This document shows, piece by piece, positions 12,763 to 26,299 of a stretch of 64,000 nt of DNA. This stretch comes from Camelus dromedarius. Lineage: Eukaryota. Every line of letters starts with the position of its first letter. The stretch's first letter is position 1. The stretch spans positions 54,128,001 to 54,192,000 of the forward strand of contig NC_087436.1 of the NCBI RefSeq assembly GCF_036321535.1, in the 5' to 3' direction. The notes below the pieces were generated by a model. The model was not told the DNA's origin and did not search any database. It saw only the letters and a program-made list of their open reading frames with translations. The position numbers and the translations under genes are program-made.

Positions 12763-15700
12763 GTAGGAGATAATCCTTAGCCCATATGATACCTTAGAAA
12801 GCAGAAAGACTGGGATTTGGTGGGGAGAAGAGTCCTTTCTGTAAACTTTCCCATCATTGTTTGCAGCAATATAATCCTCCTGTTTCTCTTCCTCCTATTG
12901 GTAGCCAATCTAAGGATGCTGTCCCCTGGGGAATTAAGCAGTCTTTGCAAAGCATCCCTGAAACCATTTTGAATTCGATAGTAACTGAGAACTGAATAAA
13001 TAGGTGTCCTCAAGTTTTGCTCAATTGTTTCCAAAGATGTAGAGATGCTGTAGCCATGGACACTGTACAGTAGGGTAGATTGTGCACTGAACAATGCTTG
13101 GGGTAGCATTCATATCAATGTCAATATGCAGAAAAGTTGAACAGTGCACAATATAAACAGACATATGGCTATTGTGATTCATAAAATGCAATTTCATCTA
13201 AAAGCATTATCGAATTAATGGTAATTGTTTGGTAGCATGTATTTCTCTCCATTGTTGGATTTTTTAGTTACTCTTCTGTAGGTGTCTATGACTTTCTTAA
13301 GAAGATGTCCTTATATAAATATATATATATATTTTTAAGCTTTGATGCCCTAATAAATAAGCCCATTGCCTGAGAGTCTTTTTTATCTTTCCCTCTCATT
13401 TGTTACCCATACCAATCAGTCTGAAACCTCTGCCCATTTCTTCTTTGTAATATTTCTTAAATGCTATCTGCCTGTGCATAACAACTACTTTACTTCAGGC
13501 AGTTAGGACCTCAGGCTAGGATGACTATAACTAGATTCCTATATCCTTTTGTTTTCCATCTCTTTTGACGCCTGTTAATTTGTGACAGTTTCAGATTAAT
13601 CTTTGCAAAGATAATATTTATTATGTCAATGCTCTAATCAGGAAATTTCATTAACTTTCTTTTACTTGTAGAATTAAATTCAGGTTTCTTAGCCTGTCAT
13701 TCAAACCTCTGTTCCCTTATTCTATCTGATCTCTTTTCTCACCACTTCCTATCACTGTTTTTTTGAAGTTGGTGAATTGACTTTACAATAATTTGAAACA
13801 GCTGCAGTAAAATTTTGATATCTTTCTATTGCTTTCCTTTTCCATCTTTTTTCTTTCCTGTCACATTTCAAAGGAAGATCTAGGAGGAGAACATACATGA
13901 GGCATATAGAGGAAAAAGATCTGGCTCAAAATCATGCTTTTGCTTTTATTTTTAGCTTTAGAGACTCTGTTTTATAAAGGTACTTGAAAATAAGAAACTA
14001 AATATAATGTGATAATTATATAATTATACTTTGTCAGAGCTGATAATATGACTATTCAGTAAGCAAAAAATTGATGAGTTACCTATTTATTAGTAATTAT
14101 CAATAATTATATTTGATCACAAAATATACAGATTACAAAGCAGGTAGTTAAAATTAGATTTCTAGAAACTTTCCATCCATATTGCAAATGCATGTATCTT
14201 TAATTTAAGAACCTGTTTTTAAAATGTTAAAAACATACAAATTCTCATGTAATCATATTTTGAAAAATTTACACAGTATTATTATCACTTTCCAACAATT
14301 ATTATGCTAGTAAGCAAAATTTCAGTCTTTTCCTTTTACATCTTAGATAAAATAGATCTCCACATTAAAAATAGGTAGCAGTTTTCTTAAGGCTGACTGA
14401 ATATTAATTAAATCATTTTGTTGCTAATATGTCATGCTTTCTACATTAATAGTGAGGTTTACTATATGTGAAATATTATTCATAGTAGATATCATTCATC
14501 ATTCAATATATGAAACTTCAAATTTACAAAATTGATAAAATAAGGAACTAACACATTATTTGAAGAAATATAAATAAAAAATCCTGAGGAATAAGCCGTG
14601 TGTTAATCACCTGTCTGTGCTGGTCTATAAGCACATTTTAAAACCATAGCAAGTAGGAGAATTCTGCGTAGAACCTGAATGTGCTTTGGCAAAAGAGATT
14701 TCTTAAGATTTTTGTAATGGAAGGAAATAATGAAAGGGTAGATCATGAAGTAGAGAAGACACTGCTAAAATCTGTCCAAATGTTCAAAACCTGAAGGCAA
14801 AGACAGTCAATCACTAGGTGCAAGGATGATGGGGAATGCCATTATCTGACAGGCCCAGCAAACCACAATAATGATCACCATAGCAATCTTCCCTTTCCAG
14901 AAGGCTCTGGACTCAGGCAATTGAAAAATATGTTTTCCATAGTAATAACTCTAATTCTGTAATTAAAATGTCAAATAGGATTTAATCAAATTAGCTTTTG
15001 AGACAGTTTTATAGATACAGTTTTTCTCATTTGTCTTTAAGAAGTAGGGTACATGAATAGTCATTTTAATATTGTCTTAAAATAATTACTGAAAAAAAAG
15101 TGTGTTTTGGCTGCAGCAAACCACATTTATTAATTGGAACTGCAATGCCACTCCTGATATTGGCAGAGTAGGAAGAAAATGGTATTTAGGTTAGTTCTCA
15201 AGATCTGGGTTTTTTTTCCATTTAGTGTTTATCCACTTGGAGCTGAAGAAAGTATAAAGGCCAAGTGGGAATCTGACAGTTATTCAGCCAGAAGATGTCA
15301 ACAAATCAGGAAGTTTTTATCTAGAAAACTCTGCTCAGAAATAGATGTTATCTATAAAGACAAAAAATAAAGGTTAGAAAAAGCATGAAATGAGTTTGGA
15401 CATCAACAAAATTGACGTGTACACCTATATACACTGTTCTACTCCTTGTGAAAATGTCAGGAATGTCATAATTTATTATTGGCTATGTGTTAACAACTCA
15501 GGGTAAACGATCATAGCAACAGAGATGAAAAGTATTCAACTCACTTGAGAGGTGAGAGTAAATGGCCAAGAAAGTGGTGTCTAAGAATGGTGAGAGGAAG
15601 CCAACCATGGGGGTGGAGGTGGGTAATAAATAAATAAGAAATTCTCCCTTGCAAACTACATATGGCTCCAAGTCAATATGAAAAAAAAATTTCCATATAT

Positions 15701-16669
15701 TCTTTGATCTGTGGGGCACCAAAAGTGGGCCCATTGAAGGCCAGTAAGGAAATAATGACCAATTTCATCTACTATCTTGTAATTGTTATGTTTGTTGTAT
15801 GATATGAGCAAATCCGAGCTAGGCATGCATCTGCTCACCCAGCTCTAAACCATATGAGATCCATAATAATGTTCTAATTTCGTAAGAAAAGCATGACAAG
15901 AATAGCAACCAGTTTTTTATCTTTAACACTAAATTAGATATGGTACAATTATTGAGCATTTTAATGAAGTTTATTTCTATTAAATACTACTACTTTTTTT
16001 TTTTTAACATTAGCTCTTCCTAAGTGATAATGTTACTTGTTCTTGTAGTTTATGAAACTTTGGTCTGACCCTTTTTCAGGTTTGAGTGCCAGTTAAGCAA
16101 GCAGATAGACCACAGGTTAAATCACATGAAGTGGCCACCTGGAGAGCTGGGAGAAGCAGGAGCCAAACCAAATGTGAAGGGAGGCAGAGAAATGAGAATA
16201 AAAATGGGGAAAACCAAATCTGTTATCATTGCCTGCACCAGGAATGGGAGACTGGCCTAGAAGAGAGGGGTTCAAAGCCACTGGAGTAGAGACTATTTAT
16301 GGAATGGCACTGGTATTCTAGAGGACTGTATTCTTTTGCTGTAATTTAAATTATTATGAATATTATAGAAAATATGCACATAAAAATCATAAATGAGTAC
16401 TTAGAGACATGAAATGAAATGTAAAGTCTCCTACACCATTCACTTCCAGTTCCACTCTCCAGAGATAACCATTGTTAACAGTTTCTTATGTATCCCTCCA
16501 GAATTTTCTATACATATACTAGTACATAGAATTTCTACTTTTAGAATTATTAATATATTTATTATGAAATTATATTAAAATATAAATGTAACAAATATAA
16601 TACCTTAAAAAAGCAGAATCTCTCAATATATATCTACAAAATAAACAAATTTCAAAAAAATCAAGCATG

Positions 16670-17275
16670 CACAGCAAAGGAAACTGTAAACAAAACAAAA
16701 AGACAACCTACAGAATGGGAGAAAATATTTGCAAATGATGCAGCTGACAAGGGCTTAATTGCCAGAATTTATAAACAGCTCTAACAACTTAATAACAAAA
16801 AAACCAAACAGCCCAATCCAAAATCAGACAGAAGACCTAAACAAGCAATTCTCCAATGAAGACATACAAATGGCCAACAGGCACAGGAAAAAATGCTCAA
16901 TACTGCCAATTATCAGAGAAATGCAAGTCAAAACTACAGGGTGGTACCACCTCACACCAGTCAGAATGGTCATAATCAAAAGTCCACGAAAGATAAATGT
17001 TAGAGATGTTGTGGAGAAAAGGGAACCCTCCTACAGTGTTGGTGGGAATGTCGTTTGGTGCAGCCATTATGGAAAACAGCATGAAGATTCCTTAAAAAAC
17101 TAAAAACAGATTTATCATATGATTCAGCAATCGTACTCCTCGGCATATATCTGGAGGGAACTCTAATTTAAAAAGATACATGCACCCCAATGTACATAGC
17201 AGCACTATTTACAAAATCCAAGACATGGAAACAACCTAAATGGCCACTGACAGATAAATAGATAAAGAAGTTGTG

Positions 17276-17325
<50 letters not shown>

Positions 17326-17782
17326 TCAGTGGAATACTATTCAGTCACAAAAAATAATAAAATAATGCCATTTGCAGCAACATGGGTGGACCGGGAGATC
17401 ATCATAGTAAGTGAAGTAAGCCAGAAAGAGAAAGAAAACACCGTATGATGTCACTTATATGTGGAATCTAAAAAAAAGACATGAACTTATTTACAAAACA
17501 GAAATAGACTCACAGACATAGAAAACAAAGTTATGGTTACCAGTGGGGGAAAGAAGGTGGGAAGGGATAAATTGAGAGTTCGAGATTTGCAGATACTATT
17601 ATACATAAAATAGACAACAAGTTTTTACTATATAGCATGGGGAACTATATTCAATATCTTATAGTAACCTATAATGAAAAAGAATATGAAAAGGAATATA
17701 TGTATGTGTATGTATGACTGAAACATTGTGCTGTACATCAGAAATTGACACAACATTGTAAACTGACTATATTTCAACTAAA
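16670..17782 (+). mobile_element. 5'-truncated young L1 (camelid type) with perfect TSD
   Basis: ORF2 C-terminus (ORF 16759-17103) plus 3' UTR; AAAAAAATCAAGCATG at 16654-16669 and 17783-17798. Confidence 0.93.
17279..17322. repeat. (TA)22 microsatellite inside the L1
   Basis: Read directly. Confidence 0.95.
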
Positions 17783-17939
17783 AAAAAAATCAAGCATGTA
17801 AGCAAAAGGAACCATTCATTAGTAATCATCCTGTATTATGTTCAGTGAAAAGTATAAGAAACAGATCAGTTAATTGGAACCAGATATATAGAAAATGAAT
17901 ATCCTTAAAGCAAACACACATATGCCTTTTTTATTCTTT

Positions 17940-18520
17940 TAAATAACAATGGAATTATACTATAAGCTGCATTTGTTTGTAACTTTTTTCTTCAAACTAA
18001 CAACTTTTTTTCTGAGATCTTTCCATATAGGCCTATTTAGATCTATCTTAAACTTTTTGATTGCTGTACAGCTTCTATTATATAGATTTTCTATAATTTA
18101 CACAATTAATCCAATATTAGTGAACATGGATTGAGTTTTTGGTATTTTAAACAATGCTGAAAGAGGTAATTTTATAATGTTTTTTATACATTTATGGAGT
18201 AGATCTGTATGTTAAGTATGGAGTAGATCTGTATGTTAAGTTCCTTTTAAGTGCAGTTGCATCATTTTTTAAGTTTTAATAGGTATTAACAAATTGTCTT
18301 CCAAAGAAGTTGTACCATTTTACTCCAGTAAAAGCAGAGGAATGTTCCTGTTTCCCTAAAGATTCATCATCACTGGATGTTTCAACTTTTTAATCTTTGC
18401 TAATATCCTAGGTGAAAAAAAAATGGCATATCAATTTTTTAAAGTCCTTTGAATTAATTACAAACGAAGTTGATTATTTTTTCATAAGCTTCTTAGCTAT
18501 TTTTACTCCTTTTTTCCTGT
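17940..18520 (-). mobile_element. Old L1 (L1ME-like) fragment, probably continuing 16350-16600 and 19400-19680
   Basis: AAATTGTCTTCCAAAGAAGTTGTACCATTTTACTCC..AGGAATGTTCCTGTTTCCC.. is degenerate antisense L1. Confidence 0.65.
18193..18240. repeat. Perfect 24-bp tandem duplication
   Basis: TATGGAGTAGATCTGTATGTTAAG x2. Confidence 0.95.
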
Positions 18521-18991
18521 TAATACAAAATGTATCATATCGGTCTTCTCACAAATCACTCCTTTGGTTTTCCATTTTATCCAAAGAAACTACAAACTTC
18601 TTACCATGGCCTATGAGACCCTAAAAGATCTGTGTCCTGGTTTCCTCTCTGACCTCATCTATCAATCTACACCCCTTCTCTCTCACTCTACTCTTACTGT
18701 GGTGGCTTTTTCGCCATTCTTTAACCATGCCAGATGTATTCAGGGTTCAAGGTCTTTGATCTCCCTGTTCCTTCTGCTTGGAATTCTCTTCTCTCTACTC
18801 AAGTCGCTGCTCAAATGTCATCCTTTCAGAGACCTCTGAAAGGAGGTAAGTAAGAGACCTTACCTTACTATCCTGCTGAAAATATCACATGGCTTCCTCT
18901 GTTCTGTCTCTCTTCACCCAACTTCATTTTTCTGTATAATACTTCATAACACTCTACCTGGCATATTATGTATACTGATGTTTATGAACGG

Positions 18992-19179
18992 AGGAGGGGC
19001 ATTTGACAATGTCTAGAAAAAATTTCGGTCATCGCAACTAGAGAAAAGGAGCTGCTACTGCTGGCAGCTAATGGGTAGAGGCCAGAGATGTTGTTAAACA
19101 TCCTACAATGAACAGGACAGCCTCTAACAAAGAACTATCTCATCCAGAATGTCAGTACTGCAGAAGGTGAGAAACTCTG
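18992..19179 (+). mobile_element. MER20-like hAT MITE (5'-truncated) within L2 sequence
   Basis: GGGGCATTTGACAATGTCTAGA..GGGTAGAGGCCAGAGATGTTGTTAAACATCCTACAATGAACAGGACAGCC..GTGAGAAACTCTG. Confidence 0.85.
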
Positions 19180-22100
19180 AAATTTATTAGTTTATTGTCT
19201 GTCAATCCTCTACCAGCAGGGATGATATTTAAAATATTTAACAACTGGAAAGGTACAGGTACTGACCAATCAGACTGAGCACAAATCATAAGCAACTAGT
19301 ATAGCCCTGCGAGGTTTTACCAGCTGGGTATCAGGCTTGCCTACTAGAATTTAAGACTCATGAAGGAGATTTTGTTTTTGCTTGCATCATTTCTTTGTTA
19401 AATAAAGTATTTTAAATTAATTTGCAAGTATATACTCTGTGTCAATTTTTGTCTCTTTGTCTTATTGATTAGCAAGTGTTATTTGTATATTAAAGAAATT
19501 AGAATTTTACTGTTATGTGTTGCAAATAGTTTTTTCTTCAGTTAATTGGCTGTGTTTTGTCTTTATCTGTAGTATTTGTTTTTGTCTTGCAGGAGCCCTT
19601 AGTTTTTATGTAGTCAAATGTATTAATCTATTCCTTAATGACTTCTGGATTTTCAATCTTCCTAATTAGTCTCCCAAATTTTTTTTTAAAAAGAGTTAAC
19701 TATATATCTGTGTTTATTTAATTTTTTATGTCCCACAATTTTCTTCCCAAGTAGATCTTATATTTTTCTTTTTAAGTTTACTATTAAGCATTTTACTTTT
19801 TAAAATCTGATTTTGTAAAATGGGAGGCTTTCTTTCATTTTTGTTTCCTAACATATTTTGTCCAAAGGTTTGTTTTCTCCTTGGGTGCCAGCCACATAAG
19901 GAGTGGAAGTGTGAATCTGGTTTGAACAGAGTTAAGACAAACAATTTCAAATTCTGGGCTATATTTGGTCTTGTTTTTAATCTAGGTCGTCTCCTACTTG
20001 CCCCTTATCCATTCTAAAACTGAGAGGGGCCCTTTTATTGTCAATCAATCTTGTATCTCAGCATCTTTCTCAGTTAGCCAACTCCCTACTGTTCACCCAA
20101 ACACTTTGAGGTTTGTAAAACATGCTATTATAAATCTACATATTTTTTATTTAAAAATAATTCTTCAAACTTTGAGTTTTATGTGGATATTTAAAAAATA
20201 AACTTATCAATTTTTTTTTGCTCAGTTGTTTTTCCAGAAAAAATAGAACTGTGATCTAAGTTTTGCAATCTATGTAGCTTATACTCAGAGACACAAAAGT
20301 AAAGGGAGGTGGCCAAGACTCTAGGAGTAAGCAGAACTGGAAACCACAACTTAATTAATCAGTTTAGCATGCCTCACTCTCATATTTGCTGGAAGACCAA
20401 TGTCTACCTTCTGTGGCCTCCCCACAACAAGTTGTCCACAATGGTGCATTCAGCTTCCAAAAGAAGTGAGGAGAGAGAACCAAAAAGTCTAATGAGGCCT
20501 CTACTGTTATACTTGGTGTCTCTACTAAGCACCTGTTCTGCACAATCTGAGAAGTACCTGTCTACTGCCACAGTGATATCTTTTCTCGGCCAGACCCCTT
20601 CAACCCCACACAGTTACACTTCAAGTCTATACTTGTACGTACCCGGCCATTAGGTTCTTAAAGCTGAGAACATGCTAGAGTATTACCAGAATCTCCTGAC
20701 GCAGCTTCCTGTCTCTCCTACACGCTTTAATCAAAACTGGTCCCTTTGGACAGCAAGGTTCTCGGGTTGGCTGGGTCTTAAGCTCAGACCACTGAGGGAG
20801 AGTTCTACTTCAGAGCCCTTGGTATGCTTCTCCAACAAAAAAATCTTGGACTGAACCACCTCAATCTATCAGAAAATTTCTAACAATGTTAAAGCTCAAG
20901 AAGGAGATGGTTCAGATTCTGATTCATGTCTTTCCCGAGCGGCTCTTTCATCGGTGTGCAGGAGTCCCCGTCTCTCATCCTGGAGGCGAGCTCTGTAGAC
21001 CGCGAAAGCTTGAGGAAAAACATCAGGTTGTGAGACGTAGCCCCAAGAGAACAGGTGCCTGAACATCTTACATAACGAAAAGCAAACCAGAGATCTCCTA
21101 GGGAACTGGCTACAGGTACCTAACCCAAGAGATGCTGCCAGCTTGTCACGCAAGGCTCTAAATTCAGCTCACCTGGAACTCTGTTACACATGCAGGCTAT
21201 CACAGAACCAAAGCTGGTTAGAAGGAGGTATGAGATTGGGGAAGGAGAAATGGGAAAGTGTGGAGGCAACTGCCTGAAACTTTTGTTGGTGTTTTCAGTT
21301 TGTCTTTATGGTGGTGGGTGGATTAACCAGGTGTGAAAGACGAGAGACAGAAGGGACACTATATTAATAAAATGAGTCTAGTATGCAAGTTGTTAAAACA
21401 GTCCACATAAGCTCTGTTATGATTAGAATACAAATGCCACCTCTTTTCAACATTAACAGAATTATATTCTATCCCCACATGTTGCTTTAGGCATCTCATT
21501 TACTGACACATTTGGACATCAGATGGGCATAAATTAAAGTATATGATTTATAGTACATAAAAATCACAGAAATGCTTATTGATTCCTAAATTAGGATAAT
21601 ATATTATAGCTGGTGCAGTCTTTTATCAATAAATCTTAATTGAATTTTCAAGTTAGAGCCTGCAGGGAAAATGTGTTCTAGTTTTTTTTTTTTTTTTTTA
21701 AGGTTTCCAGAAACATTGACCCAAACATCGTGAATGTTTCCTGACTAAATGTAACCAGACTGCTTTGCAACAAAGATGAATCAATTCTCTTAGTTGGTTC
21801 AAATGAAAATCATTCACATATTCTAGGTCTAAGGTTTTCAACCGCTCTGTAGAAGTAATTAGTTTTTCTTGTAAACCACATTTCAACCAGTAGGATATTA
21901 CAAAATATTAATCTTATTTTAAATGTATTCTCAAATTTCAGCACTATTTTCAGTGCAAACACATATTAAGCCTTTACCTCTGGGATAAACAAAAAGATGA
22001 CTTGATATATTAAAAAGGCTATTCCTTTTAGGGAATTTTACCAACATTTTTTGCAAAATAATGTACACCAGATACATTAATGGCATAGAAAATCATGGGA

Positions 22101-22439
22101 GTGATCCCAACTCTTCAAAAGGAAAATTCAGTATTTTAGCACTTCGATTTGAAGACAATGAAAGTGGAGGCATCACTTTGGAATTTTAGTTTCAAATGCC
22201 TTTTTTTATCTGAAATGTTCTAAGTCAAAATGCACTATTTTCCTGAGATTGGGCCTCCATTAATATGGTGTGTCTTCATTGTGCTCCCTCAAAACCAACC
22301 CTGAAACAAGAGCTTGGGTGCAGACAGTGTATTTGGGGGATGGTCAGCAGGCACATGGAGGACGCCAGCTTGTGTGACAATATGTTATTCTCTTTAATGA
22401 CAGCACCAACTCTCTGAGGTTGATGTAGCAGTCATCACC

Positions 22440-23040
22440 CTCAATTTCAAGCACATGAGGCTAACTCTCTTTAGCTGATTAAGCAGAAAAAGGAGTTTAT
22501 TAAAAGGATTTTGGCTAGCTCATGAAACTGATGGGAGGTCTGGAGAAGTAAACTTGACGTTAAGCTCCTGGGAACAATTCTGAACACCACACAGCACAGT
22601 TGGCCCAAAGAAGAACTGCTGCCCCTGTTGCTGTCCTACAGAGCATTGGGGAAGGTGCCACCAGTGCCCAGCTCCCCACCTGGGCCACCTCTGTGCCAGA
22701 ACTAGACCTTGAAACCACTGAGGAGCCGTATTCACTGTTGCTGCTACCATGGAAAGCAGCAGCATTATTGCCTTTCATGCCAGCAAAAATGGATTCTGAC
22801 TGCAGCCTTCTTCCTCTTGTTTCTCATTTAATAATCAAATTCTGATGTGTGTGAGTCTGATTGGAGAAGCTAGAACGAGTGTTGTATCCCCAGGTCCAGC
22901 ACAAGAGAAATTGGGAATTTTGTTTTCTTCATTCCACTTTGTGGAACAGGACTCTTAAAACTGAGACTATTCCATTGTGGTAAAGATGTTTTCAAAATGT
23001 GCTGGGTCCTCAGAAAACATGAAAAATGTCCATGTCCTAT
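22440..23040. mobile_element. Old MaLR/ERVL LTR
   Basis: AACTCTCTTTAGCTGATTAAGCAGAAAAAGGAGTTTATTAAAAGGAT..GTCTGATTGGAGAAGCTAG motifs of old MLT1. Confidence 0.55.
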
Positions 23041-23041
23041 A

Positions 23042-23206
23042 TAGGAAGAATCTGAAAAATAATATATATATATAATATATATATCTGTATAACTGAATTG
23101 CTTTGCTGTACACCAGAAACTAACACAACATTGTAAATCAACCATACTTCAATTTTAAAAATCCTATTTATTTACAAAAAAACAAAAACAGAAACAAAAC
23201 AAAACA
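23042..23206 (+). mobile_element. L1 3' tip (~165 bp) with A-rich tail
   Basis: GAATCTGAAAAA..TATAACTGAATTGCTTTGCTGTACACCAGAAACTAACACAACATTGTAAATCAAC, closely similar to 10400-10490. Confidence 0.9.
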
Positions 23207-23843
23207 AAAACTGGGACTTTTGACTATGGTAGAGATGTTTTTAAAATGTGCTGGGTAGTCAAAAAACATGAAAAATGTCCCTGTCCAATAGAGTAAGCAA
23301 CTTTATTTTACCTGTGAGGAAACTGAAAATGAGCACGTTTCAATAACACATCTAATGTTATACAGCTGGAAGGGACAGAGTCAGGCAATAAATCCAGGTT
23401 TGAATGACTCTAAATCCCATGCCCTTATTCACTGCTTTTTTTGTCTAAACTGAAAACACAGACAAGTACATATTCTCATACACAGGATTTTTAAATAAGC
23501 ACAGTCCTGGTGTTATTACCAGAGTGTTGACAGTGGGGTTCCAATGGGAATATGTGCTAGAACATCTGTTTTGTTTTGATTTTTGTTTTTGCCTACTCAT
23601 CATCCCTTCTCTCTTCTTGGTAATAGCAGCCCTTCCTTTGGGGAGCCATCCCTCTCCAAATTCCTAGGGACCTGGTGGTCCTATTGTCACAACATCCTCA
23701 TTCCACCCCTCAGGAAGAGTGGGAATGCAAATTAGGCTGACATCCCTTTGGCCGTGCTGTTTGGCTTAGGGATGAAATATGAGCTGGGCCAATAAGAGTT
23801 CTTCCTAGGACTTTTCTGCTAGAGTTAGTGAACAAGACACCTT

Positions 23844-24700
23844 CTGTGGTTGGCTGAATAATGCCCTCCACCCAAAGATGTTGATGTTTAAATCTCTAGA
23901 ACCTGTGAATATGTTACACAGTAAAAGATATTGCAGATACAATTAAGATCTTGAGAGGAGCAGATTATCCTGGATTATCTGGACATTTCATGTGGGGTGG
24001 GCCTGATGTAATCAGAAAAGTCATTATTAAGAAGAAAGTGGAAGATCAGAGTGAGTAGAAAGCAAGGTGACCATTGAGACAGAGATTGGAGAGATGTGGC
24101 CATAAATCAGGAAATGCTGACCACCTCTAGAAGCTGGAGGAGGAAAGTGCATTAATCTGGCTTCTCCAGAGAAACAGAAAAAAATATTAAGAGATTTATT
24201 ACAAAGAGTTGGCACATGTGGTTATGGAGGCTGAAATCCCAAGATTTTCAGTCAGCAAGCTGGAGACACCCAGGACAGCAAATGGTGTAAGTTCTGAAAG
24301 CAGGAGAGGACCAAGGTCCTGTTTCAGACAGGCAGAGAGAAATTCACTCTTAACACTGCCTTTTTATTCTATCCAGGCCTTCAATGAACTGGATGAGGCC
24401 CACCCACATTGGTGAGGCCAATGCGCTTTACTCAGTCTACAGATTCAAATGTAAGTATCATCCAGAACCCCCTCACAGCTACACCCAGAATAATGGCTAA
24501 TCAAGCATATGGGTCCCTGATGGCCCAATCAAATTGACACATGAAATTAACCATCACAACAAGAAAAAATTCTCCCCTGGGAACTCTAGAAAGAATTAGC
24601 CTTGCCCACACCTTGATTTTTAGCCCTGCAAGACTTATTTTGGACTTCTGACTTCCAGAACTTTATAAGAATAAATTTGTGTTAAGTTATTAAGGTCATG
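23844..24700 (+). mobile_element. MLT1D-like MaLR LTR interrupted by MLT2
   Basis: TGTGGTTGGCTGAATAATGCCCTCC..AAAGATGTTGATGT..AGAACCTGTGAATATGTTAC; resumes at 24559 with TTCTCCCCTGGGA..GGACTTCTGACTTCCAGAAC..GAATAAATTTGTG. Confidence 0.85.
24148..24558 (-). mobile_element. MLT2B-like ERVL solo LTR
   Basis: TGCATTAATC..TTCTCCAGAGAAACAGA..GGTTATGGAGGCTGA..TTGACACATGAAATTAACCATCACA; degenerate 5-bp TSD GAAAG/ACAAG. Confidence 0.88.
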
Positions 24701-25310
24701 GTATTACACCCTTTTTTCCCAGAGAGATAAGAGAGAATAGGGAAAGAGACATGGAGAAGTAAATGAAGATGATGATGTTGATGATTGCAATGATGCAGTT
24801 TGAAACCCTTGATTTATTTGTGTCTAAGCCAGCACCATCCCTGCACACTGCAGTTACTTGGCTGACATATTTGTTTTGAATACCAACCATCTATAACTGA
24901 AAGTCTTAAGAATGCAAGGTAGCAATCTCATTTTCAAAATCTGTAATTGTAAAATGTAAGGAAAATGAGAGTGTAGAGCCAACAAGTTTCCTCTGTTCCA
25001 TGCACACAGGTAAAGTGGATTTCTTGAAGAAAAAAGAATGCTTTCTGAATGCATTAGTGCCAAGCATGTTCAGATGGGAACAGTATTAGAGGTAAAAAAT
25101 ATTTTAAAAATCTCTGATGACAAAAGAAAGTAAAATCAGTGCTTCAGTTAGTCACTACTGAATATGAACTTGCTTATTATCTTGAGATAAAATAGCAAGC
25201 ATTTAGGTTTTGAATCATCAAAATTCATTGGTTTCAAGTGTAAAGTTGTCATCTTGGCCAAATACAAATTTTGTTCTTGGGTTAGGAGGATGAAATCCCC
25301 AGCTCTAGAG

Positions 25311-25541
25311 CAATGATTCTCAAGAATAGAGATTGTGCTCCACAGGGGATATTTGACAATGTCTGAAGACATTTTTGATCGTCATGATTGCAGGACAGTG
25401 GGGAGTACTACTGGTACCTAGGGAGTGGAAATCATGGATGCTGCTAAGGATCTTATAATGTGCACAGAACATCCCCCTCCCACTCTATAAAGAATTCTTC
25501 AATCCAAAATGTCAATCATAACACTAGATTGAGAAACCCTG
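25311..25541 (+). mobile_element. Full-length MER20 with 8-bp TSD
   Basis: Termini CAATGATTCTCAA..TTGAGAAACCCTG; CTCTAGAG at 25303-25310 and 25542-25549. Confidence 0.92.
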
Positions 25542-26299
25542 CTCTAGAGTAACCCCGATAATAAAAGTTAAACATTATATAACTAATAAGCTAACAGTGG
25601 GAAGGAGGGTAATGAACAGTAAAAATTACTTAACTAATTCAAAAGAGTTAAAGAGCGCCCTGAATGATAGTTAGGAATCTGTGGTAAACAATTCTTTTAA
25701 TGATTACAATTATATCGCTGTTAAAGATTCAAACTGCTTTTCCCTCTTTTTAAAAATTAATTTTCTTGATTTTTTAAAATAAAAATGGTTAATATTAAGG
25801 TGTATTCTGATTCTATAGGCTGATTAAACTTGATCACATTCAAGCTGACTGATTTAGACATTTAAAAATCCAAGATCCTGAGTTCCTACTTCACAGATGT
25901 ATGGGGATTAAATTGTTCAAGTTCATGTTGTTGAAAATGAATTGTGCTCCTCAAACCTCTTCCCCCATTATCCAGTCAAGACTCAGGGCAGATAAGACCA
26001 CTCCTCTTACTGCATCCCCTGCCATAGACAACCTCATTCCATGAAGAAAAGGAGCAAGGTGAATAAAGCGAATGATGGGGAAGGTCCAGGAAATAATAGA
26101 TTCAGGATTTTCACTCATTCCTTTTTTCACAAATATCTGGATGTGCTTCTAAAAGCATTTGAACAACATGTCTGTTCTTTCCTTAAGGGCTTGCCTGAGA
26201 GTACAAGGCAGCACAGATGGGGTTCTGAAGTAGTGGGTACGTGCTCTGGGTTGGGAAATAAATCTTACTCAGCTTTAAACATAATAAAATTGCTAGCTA

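Larger units (their letters stand above)
23560..24900. mobile_element. LTR16-like ERVL LTR (23560-23842 and ~24700-24900) split by a MaLR insertion
   Basis: CCCTTCTCTCTTCTTGGTAATAGCAGCCC..GGGCCAATAAGAGTTCTTCCTAGGACTTTT; resumes after 24700. Confidence 0.5.
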
